64,000 nt of DNA from Gemmatimonadota bacterium (GCA_965116475.1 OZ220691.1:3488001-3552000); one strand, 5' to 3'; positions 42,731 to 51,065 are shown, counted from the stretch's first letter. Notes: a model not told the origin generated them from the sequence alone. A program made the numbers and translations.

Positions 42731-42826
42731 GGGAGCGGATGGTGACTGGTGTCGCCTGCGGTCTTCAAAACCGTTACGGGGCGTTCGCGCGTCCCGGGTG
42801 GGTTCGATTCCCACACGTTCCCGCCA
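42731..42826 (+). tRNA. selC: tRNA-Sec (anticodon UCA)
   Basis: 6-bp D stem GGTGAC/GTCGCC, anticodon loop CTTCAAA, long variable arm, GTGGG-TTCGATT-CCCAC, G discriminator + CCA; selB nearby. Confidence 0.95.
42811..42826 (+). repeat. att core, left copy (3' end of tRNA-Sec)
   Basis: CCACACGTTCCCGCCA, identical to 53400-53415. Confidence 0.92.
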
Positions 42827-42848
42827 GATCATTAGCGAAGTGCTCTTA

Positions 42849-42903
42849 TAACAACGATTTACAGATGTTCAAGCGGGCGAGTACCCCACCGGGTACCCCA
42901 AAA
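42849..42903. promoter_or_regulatory. putative IHF site and integrase arm-type repeats, left end
   Basis: TAACAACGATTTA (1 mismatch to WATCAANNNNTTR); GTACCCCA at 42881 and 42893. Confidence 0.6.
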
Positions 42904-42916
42904 GTGGGAGTGTGAC

Positions 42917-43423
42917 GTGTCCGTGAGATCGCCCCTCCAAGACCCTGGGTCTTTCCGTTCATGGATTCAGGAGATGATCGAGGTGACCGGATTGGAGTGG
43001 GAGCCGAAAACGGTCCATGTCGTTCTCGCAGACCTTCCCTTGATCGCGAAGGCGACGTACTTCAACGCGTGGTTGGCGGGCCAGTTCTTCCGCGAAGATG
43101 ATGTGGGGTGGCTCTCGTCGGTGATCAGCGACATCGACCTGGAGTGGTGGCCGTTCGAGGAGAACGACCTTGGCGTTCTCCGACACCAGATCGAAAGCCA
43201 CTACAACGGCCAGTTTCCGCAAATCATGAGTGCTGCGCACGCGGAATGGACTACGTTCGCCGCCGATGTCCGCATGGCCTTCATCGCCTGCTTCACTGAC
43301 CACGGCTGCCGACGTTGCCCACCTTGGTGCCAAGCTCTCCGAGACGAGCTGGAGGCACGTGCGAACCCCAGCAAAGAACCCAATGACTCGGAGGGTGAGC
43401 CGGAAGCGCCGGCCTCTGGATAA
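42917..43423 (+). CDS. hypothetical cargo protein (start may be ATG 42974)
   Basis: Only credible + strand ORF in the element; CAGGAG before an internal ATG; converges on the structural operon. Confidence 0.6.
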   Translation: MSVRSPLQDPGSFRSWIQEMIEVTGLEWEPKTVHVVLADLPLIAKATYFNAWLAGQFFREDDVGWLSSVISDIDLEWWPFEENDLGVLRHQIESHYNGQFPQIMSAAHAEWTTFAADVRMAFIACFTDHGCRRCPPWCQALRDELEARANPSKEPNDSEGEPEAPASG

Positions 43424-43427
43424 GGAT

Positions 43428-43838
43428 CTACCCGCGCTTTCGCTGCCGGTCTTCGAGGGCAACCTCAGGATTGAGCCGGCGGCGGTCGATCCCGGCGAAA
43501 GGCCGGGTCTCTCCCGGCTGACGCTGGATGGCCAGCCACAGATCCGCCGCAGCGCGCCCGTACTTCTTCTCCAACCGCCCGCGCTTCAGCGCCAGCCTGG
43601 AGGCCTCCCGGCAGCGAGCGCAGAGACTGAAGTCCGCATCCTCGCGTTCCCGACCGCACCGGCACAGGCCGGCGGCACGGCGTGCTGCGTGGCTCTCGGC
43701 GATCGTGCCTCGATACGTTTCCCGGCAGGTCTTGCAGTAGATCCCGTGGGTGGCCGGAGCGCCGCCGCAGTTCGCACACAACCCATCGCGTTTCCAGCTG
43801 CGTCTCTTGTCCCGCACCCAGTCTGCGGCGTAGCTCAC
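43428..43838 (-). CDS. basic Cys-rich zinc-finger protein
   Basis: CANC...CKTC and CRC...CARC repeats; GTGA overlap with the upstream gene. Confidence 0.7.
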   Translation of the reverse strand: MSYAADWVRDKRRSWKRDGLCANCGGAPATHGIYCKTCRETYRGTIAESHAARRAAGLCRCGREREDADFSLCARCREASRLALKRGRLEKKYGRAAADLWLAIQRQPGETRPFAGIDRRRLNPEVALEDRQRKRG

Positions 43839-44188
43839 CTCGTGCGGGCTGCGAGCCTGGCGGCCTCGCTCTTCACGAGCGCGGTGGCGATGGCCTGACT
43901 GACGGCCTCCACGCCCTCGATGGATGGCTCCAGCCACTCGTACTTGCCCCCCAAGTGCTCGGCGACCTCGAGGAACAGGCCGGGGCGTTTGCCGGCTCCC
44001 ACGCGGGCCAACGTCGTGCTCACAACTTCGTAGGAGATCGAGCGGGCGGTCACACCCGTGTCCCTCGCGATCCGCCTGCGGGCGAACCTGACGACCTCCT
44101 CGGCCAGCTCCTCAACGATCTTCTCGGACATGCGGTCGAGCGCCCGATGGTGCTGCCGGAGGTTGGACTCGAACTTGACCGGCGTCAT
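43835..44188 (-). CDS. HK97 gp10-like neck/tail-completion protein
   Basis: A..DTG...RSI, FLE, WLEPSI pattern; ATGA overlap. Confidence 0.6.
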   Translation of the reverse strand: MTPVKFESNLRQHHRALDRMSEKIVEELAEEVVRFARRRIARDTGVTARSISYEVVSTTLARVGAGKRPGLFLEVAEHLGGKYEWLEPSIEGVEAVSQAIATALVKSEAARLAARTR

Positions 44189-44619
44189 ATCCCCAGCCTC
44201 TCCCGGATCGCCGCCGCCGAGTAGACGCGCGACCGGAAGACGATCCCGGCGTAACGGTGGCGACCGGCGTCGGCGATGTCCCAGCCGCCGGCGAGGGTGC
44301 GCCACGGGCCGCTCTGCAGGTCGGAGGTTCCAAGGTGGAAGCCGCGGAAGAATCGCTGGATGGCCTCGCGGACTTGGGCGGCGTCTCCCGGATCCCGGAA
44401 GGTCTCGACGGTGACGGCGACGCGGGCCAAGTAGCCCGGACTTTGGTCGATGGTCTCGAGGTCGCGGGAGCCGCCATCCTCCACAATGACGCGGATCTCG
44501 TCGGAGGTCTTCTCGAGTGGGCGCGAGGGCTGGCCGACGATCACGGTCACCACGTAATCCCCCGAGAACGCGGAGTCCAAACCGTCCCGAATCGTGGCCA
44601 GCACCTCGGCCTCAATCAT
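44185..44619 (-). CDS. putative tail terminator-like protein
   Basis: 144 aa alpha/beta pattern; position among neck genes (inference). Confidence 0.45.
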   Translation of the reverse strand: MIEAEVLATIRDGLDSAFSGDYVVTVIVGQPSRPLEKTSDEIRVIVEDGGSRDLETIDQSPGYLARVAVTVETFRDPGDAAQVREAIQRFFRGFHLGTSDLQSGPWRTLAGGWDIADAGRHRYAGIVFRSRVYSAAAIRERLGI

Positions 44620-44956
44620 CGATCTCCAGCCAGACCCGCACCGTGCCGCCGCGCTGAGGCTCGGCCTCGACCACCTTCCAGATCCGATCTCCGGACTCGA
44701 GCGTCACGTCCTCGGCGGTGACGTCACCCGTCCAGTCGCTGGGCATGAGATGGGCGGAGGTCTTCGATCTGGTCTCGCCGCCCGGCTGGGCGTCCTCGAA
44801 GAAGCGCGCCGAGGTGACGATGGCGCGCGTCTCGCGTGCCTCCAGTAGCGTTCCGGACATCTCCCTACCCATGGCGTCCAGCGCACCGCGTTCGCGCCGC
44901 GTGAGGGTCGCGGGGACGCCCAGCGCCTCGATCAGCGCGGGAGCCGGGGCTCTCAT
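44612..44956 (-). CDS. putative head-closure (head-tail joining) protein
   Basis: 114 aa beta-rich, D.TLESGDRIWKVV; follows portal with ATGA overlap. Confidence 0.5.
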   Translation of the reverse strand: MRAPAPALIEALGVPATLTRRERGALDAMGREMSGTLLEARETRAIVTSARFFEDAQPGGETRSKTSAHLMPSDWTGDVTAEDVTLESGDRIWKVVEAEPQRGGTVRVWLEIDD

Positions 44957-45984
44957 GCCAGTCCCGCCTTCTCCAGTGCCTCATCCAGAGACAGGCCGCT
45001 CTCGACGAACTGCTTCAGCGCGCGGCCTCGGGCGGCGAGATCGGACGCGGCGAGACCGCCGAAGGAGAACTCCAGCGAGGTCTCCAGCACGCGGGCGATC
45101 TCGTTCTGGACGCGCACTGCGACCGGCGCGACGCCGAGGAAGACGAACTGCCGGTAATCCTCCCTGCGCGTGGTCCCGTCTCCACCCGGCATCACGAGCG
45201 AAGCCGGGACGCCTGCGGCGCTGGCCACGGTCGAGATCGCATCGCGCCTCAGCGCGATCAGCGAGTCCGGAGGGTTCGCGCCCAGCCTGGCTGGCACGAG
45301 ATCGCGCCGTGGCGCTGAACCCGCGTCGCCCCAGCCGCCAGCTACGGTCTCCGTGAGGACGGTGCTCCCCTTGGCGTCTCGGATGTCGTCTCTGAGCGTG
45401 TCGAGATCGCTTGTCTCCGGTCCCTGCGGAACCGGGAGGAGATGGGCCGCCACGCCGCCGGCTTCTTGGCCCAGCCGCATCTCGAGGGCCGAGAGGAGAT
45501 CTCCCGAGAGACCGGCCAAGGGCGACAGGCTGCGCCACGGCTCGGCTGCTCGCGGTGCCCACATGAGGTGGATGACCGAGTCGCGAGGCATCCATCGCGT
45601 CTGGATCTTCGACGGGGCGGACGTGGTGACGTGGTACCGCCACGACGCGGGAGACGGGCCGCCCCAGACCGTCCAACTGCTCGCCACCGACAGCATCGGC
45701 GGGACGTCGAAGGCCAGGACGATCTCTCCCTGCAGGATGAGCTCCCGGCCGACGAGATCCAGCACCTCGGGCGTCACCAGCATCTTGGCGAGTTCGTCGC
45801 CCTCGACCTCGGCCGATGACAGCGCCCTCGCCCAGAGATCGCCGAGCGCCTGTGCGGTCCCGGTCTCGTTGACGCGACCTGCTGGGCTCTCGGAGCCGGA
45901 CGCCGACGCGGCGATCAGAGAGACCAGCGCATCGGTGTACGAACTCCGAACTTCCGCCGTCTTCCGCTGCCACGGGAGCCTCAT
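44953..45984 (-). CDS. phage portal protein (short HK97-like)
   Basis: ELILQGE, DSVIHL, WRSLSPL, VASAAGVPASLV, V.PVA..VQNEI.R.L. Confidence 0.78.
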   Translation of the reverse strand: MRLPWQRKTAEVRSSYTDALVSLIAASASGSESPAGRVNETGTAQALGDLWARALSSAEVEGDELAKMLVTPEVLDLVGRELILQGEIVLAFDVPPMLSVASSWTVWGGPSPASWRYHVTTSAPSKIQTRWMPRDSVIHLMWAPRAAEPWRSLSPLAGLSGDLLSALEMRLGQEAGGVAAHLLPVPQGPETSDLDTLRDDIRDAKGSTVLTETVAGGWGDAGSAPRRDLVPARLGANPPDSLIALRRDAISTVASAAGVPASLVMPGGDGTTRREDYRQFVFLGVAPVAVRVQNEIARVLETSLEFSFGGLAASDLAARGRALKQFVESGLSLDEALEKAGLA

Positions 45985-46286
45985 AGCGCGAGACCTCGGC
46001 GCTTGACCCACTGAGACAGCAAAGACGCCGCGCCAGACGCTCGCAGGGCAGCTCTGGAGGCCGCGACGTACTCGGTCTCCACGTCACCCACCCGGACGCG
46101 CCTGGCGGCCGCTGGGGCGTCTCTTAGGTACGCCGCCACCCGGATCGCGGCTTCGTTCTCCACCGCCGCAGGCGGTTCTCCCTCGCCGGTGTGTTTCTCG
46201 ACAAGACCGGCGGCGACCTCGGCAAGACGCGTTGCGTTGTCACCTCCCCCGAGGGCCGAGGCCACCACCGATCGCTCTACAGCCAT
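45981..46286 (-). CDS. head-tail adaptor (HK97 gp6/SPP1 gp15-like)
   Basis: 101 aa helical; PPAAVENEAAIRVAAYL, SGAASLLSQWVKRR; CAGGAGG RBS. Confidence 0.65.
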   Translation of the reverse strand: MAVERSVVASALGGGDNATRLAEVAAGLVEKHTGEGEPPAAVENEAAIRVAAYLRDAPAAARRVRVGDVETEYVAASRAALRASGAASLLSQWVKRRGLAL

Positions 46287-47215
46287 ATGCGCCTCCTGCG
46301 GCGGGCCGGGCGCGTGATCTCCAGCGGAGCGAGTTCTCCCGTTTCGCCGGTCACCAGCGCCAGCTCGATTGCGCGGACGTCCATCTCGGAGACGTCGTAG
46401 AGGTCTCCCGCGACCTCGGCCACCGAGGTCTCCTCCGGTGCCCACGGGCGCACGCTCCAGAATCCCGTCTCGGAGGAATCGAGGAAGGCGCGTCCGGCGT
46501 CGTTGTCGGTGATCTGGTCGATCTCGATCCGGAGTTCATCGTCGAGAACCCGGAGCCTCAGTCCGGCACCGGTGGCGGCGACCGGCTCGGAGAATCTTCC
46601 AGACATGAACGCCGTGATCGTCCGCCGTCCCTCGGCTGCCTCGCGGAGCGCTTTGTCCAGCGCCTTCCGCCCGATGCGGATCCGCGCACAGCCGGTCTTG
46701 CACCTGCACGGCAGCTGGCGGCCCAGCGGCACCCGACCGGAGACCCGCGTCCCGCCGATCGTGCGCCGGCGCAGCTCCACCCGGTTCGGAAACACCGGCG
46801 AATCCACCAATCCCAGACCGAGGAGACGTCCGCGCTCGATGACGCGGACTCCGCCCTCGGTCTGCTCGCTCAGCGCATCGAACTCGAGACTCGTGCCCGT
46901 GAGCTTCCCGGCGGCCACCAGCGCTCGGATCTCGGGCGTGATCTGCGCGCGGAACTCCATGCCGCCGGCGGTGGTGTCCCGGAACCGGAGAGAGCCCTCT
47001 GGGTGGAAGCTGGAGTCGATCCCATGTCGGAAGTCGTGCTGGACGTTCAAGAGGACGCGCACCTCGGACGCTGGCCCGAACGCGCCGGGCTCGAACCGCT
47101 CCCCAAGGCCGTGCGGCGTGTTCGCGGGCGGGGCGGTGATCCCGGGATCGAACACCATCCCGGAGATCTCGCCGGCGTCCGCGCTCAGCCCGGAGACGAA
47201 ACGGAACTCGCTCAC
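46277..47215 (-). CDS. HK97-type prohead protease with a second protease-like domain
   Basis: ERFEPGAF, LNVQHD (His), GTSLEF (Ser), LGLVDSPVFP; C-terminal half repeats the pattern. Confidence 0.78.
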   Translation of the reverse strand: MSEFRFVSGLSADAGEISGMVFDPGITAPPANTPHGLGERFEPGAFGPASEVRVLLNVQHDFRHGIDSSFHPEGSLRFRDTTAGGMEFRAQITPEIRALVAAGKLTGTSLEFDALSEQTEGGVRVIERGRLLGLGLVDSPVFPNRVELRRRTIGGTRVSGRVPLGRQLPCRCKTGCARIRIGRKALDKALREAAEGRRTITAFMSGRFSEPVAATGAGLRLRVLDDELRIEIDQITDNDAGRAFLDSSETGFWSVRPWAPEETSVAEVAGDLYDVSEMDVRAIELALVTGETGELAPLEITRPARRRRRIWL

Positions 47216-47454
47216 CAGAGGGCGAGGATCGTGGCCGTCGAGGAGGCGCGCACCGCCGAGACGGCGACCGGAATCACCATGATCGACGCCGTCACTGTGA
47301 GCGCCGGCGCGTCCGCATCATCGTCCGGCAACCGGATCGTCAGATCGCCGTCGCTGAGGACGATGAACGCCCGCGCCGGGGGATCGAACACGCTCTCCTG
47401 CCCGGCGACGGTCGCCTCGCTCGCCTGCGCCGAGTAGATGGCCCAACGGCTCAA
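47212..47454 (-). CDS. head spike base / decoration protein, RcGTA Rcc01079-like
   Basis: 80 aa; PARAFIVLSDGDLTIRL...IPVAVSAVRASSTATILALW; TTGA overlap with the capsid gene. Confidence 0.6.
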   Translation of the reverse strand: MSRWAIYSAQASEATVAGQESVFDPPARAFIVLSDGDLTIRLPDDDADAPALTVTASIMVIPVAVSAVRASSTATILALW

Positions 47455-48692
47455 GTGACGAACTTCAGCCTGGCGAAGTTGGACGCCCGCGGGAGCTTGA
47501 ATCCCCAGCTGTACTGCAACGTCAGCGAGATCTCATCCGAGGCTGCCTTGGTGTATGGATCTCGAATCAGCCGGCCCTCCCGCCAGACGCACGCGACGCC
47601 GGCGTTCACGATCCCGCGCTTGCGTCCGATGAAAGCGCCGAACTTGCCGTTCGATGTGGCCGTCTCGATGTCGCCGCGCACCATCCAACTGAGGCCGTTC
47701 GCCATCAGGAATTGCCTCAGCGTCATGTTGTCGGCGGCCGAGTTGATGACGGTGGAGTGCCACAACGTGTTCGCGCCGACGGAGGCCACGATCGCCAGAT
47801 CTCCGGGGCTGGCGGCGTGCTTTCCGTCGATCAGCTCGGCGAACTTCACCAGCGTCTCCGGCCCCTTGATCTTGTCCGCCTGCTTGATCGTCTTCTCGAC
47901 CATGTCGGCGGCGGTCTGGAGACCGGTGATGTCGGCGGCGTTCTCGTTCGCCCCGTCGTCTCCCAGGAAGACCGCGCGGTCGATCCCCTCGGCCATCGCC
48001 ATCCGCAGATCGCGCCGGAGCGCCTGCTCGAGGCCGGGGATCCTGTCCGCGTCGACGCCGTTGAACACGGCGCGTGCGCGGTTGCCGGTCGGCTTGATCT
48101 CGGTGACGCCGATCGTCCACGCGGCGTCTGCCGCGTCCTCGGCCCGGCCGCGCTGCGCCGCCGAGGCCCCCGCCGTCGTGACCGGGTAGCTCGCGATCCC
48201 CGGCGCGCAGGAGGCGAACGTCACGCCCAGATGCATCGCGGCGGTGTCAGCGAACAGCCGGTCGATCCATGGGCGCTGGACGACCGTCGACTCGGCGTCC
48301 GTCGAGGCGCGAACCTCGGCTGGCGTCGGCTCGTCGAGAAGGAGCTCCAGCGGGAATGACCGGCGGCCCATGCCGAACGCGTCGTTCAGCTCGCCGGCGG
48401 CTCCGTCCACGCCGCGTCCGTCCATCGCGGCCTCGAAGTAGCCGCCCACGTCCACCCGGCGGCGAATGGCCCGGATCTCGGCCGCCTCGCCGTCCTCCAC
48501 TGTGGGCTCCGGCTCCTCGGCCTGCGCGGCGATCAGCGCCCGGCGCTTGGTCTCGACGGAGCGCAGCTCGGCGGTGAGCTTGTCCACCTCCTGCTGCTGC
48601 TCGTCGGAGAGATCTCCGGCGGTCTGGCCGAGATCGTTGAGTTGCTGCCGGAGCTCGGACGAACGGAGCTCGGCGCGTTGCAGATCGGTCAT
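47451..48692 (-). CDS. major capsid protein, HK97 fold with N-terminal delta domain
   Basis: Coiled-coil N-terminus; E.ALRRDL..AMAE.IDRAVFLGDDG...ITGL; LIRDPYT. Confidence 0.85.
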   Translation of the reverse strand: MTDLQRAELRSSELRQQLNDLGQTAGDLSDEQQQEVDKLTAELRSVETKRRALIAAQAEEPEPTVEDGEAAEIRAIRRRVDVGGYFEAAMDGRGVDGAAGELNDAFGMGRRSFPLELLLDEPTPAEVRASTDAESTVVQRPWIDRLFADTAAMHLGVTFASCAPGIASYPVTTAGASAAQRGRAEDAADAAWTIGVTEIKPTGNRARAVFNGVDADRIPGLEQALRRDLRMAMAEGIDRAVFLGDDGANENAADITGLQTAADMVEKTIKQADKIKGPETLVKFAELIDGKHAASPGDLAIVASVGANTLWHSTVINSAADNMTLRQFLMANGLSWMVRGDIETATSNGKFGAFIGRKRGIVNAGVACVWREGRLIRDPYTKAASDEISLTLQYSWGFKLPRASNFARLKFVT

Positions 48693-48810
48693 TCTCTCGT
48701 CCCTTCGCGCGGCCAGGCAGCCACGCTCCTTCCGGGACGAAGAAGGGCCGCCATAGCTCAGTTGGTGCGTTCTCCAATTCGCTAAGGCGACCCCGAAAGG
48801 TCTCCGCAAT

Positions 48811-49050
48811 TTAGGGTCCGGCCAGCTCCTCTACAAGCTGCCTCCAGCCGGCGTCTTCCTCCCGTCGGTGGCGGGCGAAATGGCACGAGACGCAGAGCGT
48901 CCGGAGGTTCGATGGATCGTCGGTGCCGCCGTCTCTCAGTGGCGTCTCGTGGTGGACCTCGAGCCGTCCTGGCTGGCCGCAGTCCCGGCAGCGGTGGCCG
49001 TCTCTCTGGAGGATCTTCCGGCGCAACTGAGCACCGGCGCGGCCTCTCAG
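48811..49050 (-). CDS. HNH endonuclease (terminase-associated); start codon unclear
   Basis: RDGHRCRDCG...LEVHH..PL..GG.DD..NL..LC..CH...H. Confidence 0.85.
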   Translation of the reverse strand: MRGRAGAQLRRKILQRDGHRCRDCGQPGRLEVHHETPLRDGGTDDPSNLRTLCVSCHFARHRREEDAGWRQLVEELAGP

Positions 49051-50519
49051 ACGACGGCGGATCGAAGTCTCCGAGACGGACGGGACCGACGCCGATGCGC
49101 CTCGGCGACGCACAAGGCCAACGCCACGGCGAGATCGTCTCTGCGCCGGAGGGTGGTACGGCGGATCTTGGCGTTCCCGGCCTCGTCCGTAGCCGTCTTG
49201 GCGTTCGCCAGGCACACCCTCAGGGCGAGATTCGTTGGTGCGGCCAGCCAGTCTGCAGCGGCAAGCCGGAGGCGGCGCAGATCGTTCGCGCCGTCCTTGA
49301 AACCCATCCCGCGCAGCTTCAGCGGCACCGACTGACCGAGCGTGGCCAACGCCTCGCGGATCGAGGCCTCCCGCCACCGGTCGGCTACGATCATCGCCGG
49401 GACGCCCCACCGCTCGAACGCCTCGGTCAGCACACCCCCGACATCGACCTCGAACGTCCCGTGCAGGGACAGCTCCTTCCTGGCTCGCATCTTCTCATAC
49501 AGGGAGCCGACGTTGTGCTCCTTTCCGCGCCGCATGAGGTCTGGATCTCGCGGGAAGACCAGAAAGCCGTCCGCGGCTCCCGTGGCCGGCCAGCAGACGG
49601 CCGCGCCGGTGGCCTGCGTGGTGGAGAGATCGAGACCGAGCACCGGGCGACCCGAGCGCAGCGCAGTCCGTCCCTCGCAGCGCGTCCACGTCCCGGCGGA
49701 CAAGACCTGCTCCTCGGCTACGCCGATCCCGCCGAGGTTCAAGTGGAGCTGCAGGTATCTGGCCAGCGCCTCGGGACTCTCTCTGGCCAGCTTCGCCTGC
49801 TTCTTCACCTCGCGGGCGAGGTGCGGCCAGAACTTCATCGATGGATTCGCTCTGTGCATGGCCGCCGCGCGAAATGGATCCTCGTCTTCCTCGGCCGCGT
49901 AGCAGATCGCCCGCTCCTTCTGGAGTTCGGCCTCGAAGGGATGGCCGGAGCCTGCCGGCGGTCGCGTCCCGGTGTAGATGATCCGCGCCTCCATCTTGGC
50001 CTTCGCCGTGTCGAGCGCGGCGATCATCTCGTCCACCGTTGGCCAGCTCGTGACCTCGTCGCAGACGATGAGCGCGGGCCGCAGACCCATGGCGCGCTTC
50101 GGGTCGCTTCCGATGGCCAACACCCGGCGGCCCGTCTTGAGGTCTCGGATCTCCGAATGCTGGAGGCTGTCGGCGATCCTGTACCGCTTCCGGTCTCCCA
50201 GCTTCACTACCTGCTCCAGATACCGGCGGGTGTCTTGGTAGACGATCCGCGTCTGCCGGTGGCTCGCGGCGACGAGAATGATGTCGGAGCCCTTCGGGGC
50301 TAGCTCCAGAACGGGATCGAAGTACGCTCCCGCCACGATTGACGCCCAAGCGCTTTTTCCGTTGGCGCGGGCCATGCTCAGCGCGAAGTCGCCGGGAGTA
50401 TCGAGACGCTTCCACGCTTTTCTCTGCCACGGCATCGGCTGGAGCGCCCTCCCGGCCATCGGACCGTCCAGAACGGTCAGACCAGATGCCCACCGGGAAA
50501 CCTTCGTCGAGGTCAACAT
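49047..50519 (-). CDS. terminase large subunit
   Basis: Walker A ARANGKS, Walker B LIVCDE, ANPS, nuclease VLGLDLS, ADRWR, DDLAVAL. Confidence 0.9.
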   Translation of the reverse strand: MLTSTKVSRWASGLTVLDGPMAGRALQPMPWQRKAWKRLDTPGDFALSMARANGKSAWASIVAGAYFDPVLELAPKGSDIILVAASHRQTRIVYQDTRRYLEQVVKLGDRKRYRIADSLQHSEIRDLKTGRRVLAIGSDPKRAMGLRPALIVCDEVTSWPTVDEMIAALDTAKAKMEARIIYTGTRPPAGSGHPFEAELQKERAICYAAEEDEDPFRAAAMHRANPSMKFWPHLAREVKKQAKLARESPEALARYLQLHLNLGGIGVAEEQVLSAGTWTRCEGRTALRSGRPVLGLDLSTTQATGAAVCWPATGAADGFLVFPRDPDLMRRGKEHNVGSLYEKMRARKELSLHGTFEVDVGGVLTEAFERWGVPAMIVADRWREASIREALATLGQSVPLKLRGMGFKDGANDLRRLRLAAADWLAAPTNLALRVCLANAKTATDEAGNAKIRRTTLRRRDDLAVALALCVAEAHRRRSRPSRRLRSAVV

Positions 50520-50618
50520 ACCGGAGGCTCTGCTGCAGAAGCGTGACTACGCCAACGGTGTCCGGCGGTCACGGAGGGCTCCGAACAGGGGTCCCCGAGG
50601 AGCTGGGGCGGGCCACAT

Positions 50619-51065
50619 TCATTCGCCCGGCAGGCGCGGTACGTAGACGGCCCATAGCCACGGCGCTCCGTCACGGCGCGCGGCCGTCACGCGATGTCGT
50701 CCAAGCAGCACTTCAACCGGGCGCGAACTATCGTCGCCCAGGACGACGATCGGCGGGCCGTACTGACCACCGGACAGGTTCTGGAGCCGCTTCTCGTCCA
50801 AGCGCGATACGTCGAATTCCATGATGCGAGTCAGCGGTAGCCCTCTCCTTGGGAGCGTCTCCGACATCGCCTCCATGATCCGCGTCTTCGTGTTGGCGAC
50901 AGCCGCCGCCACGTCCGGCCAGTCTTCAGCGGTAGTGTCTTGCTCTTCGAGGAACCACCGCTCCAACCGGCGAAACCAACGGAGCAATTCGTCGGCTTCG
51001 CAGTCTTCACCTTGCAGCCGGTTCTCCACTTGGTCCCGGTATCGGAGGATGCTGGTATTGGACAT
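50619..51065 (-). CDS. protein with a C-terminal ParB/Sulfiredoxin-like domain
   Basis: PPIVV...VLLGRHRVTAA resembles the PI.V...DG.HR..A motif; TGATG overlap. Confidence 0.6.
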   Translation of the reverse strand: MSNTSILRYRDQVENRLQGEDCEADELLRWFRRLERWFLEEQDTTAEDWPDVAAAVANTKTRIMEAMSETLPRRGLPLTRIMEFDVSRLDEKRLQNLSGGQYGPPIVVLGDDSSRPVEVLLGRHRVTAARRDGAPWLWAVYVPRLPGE

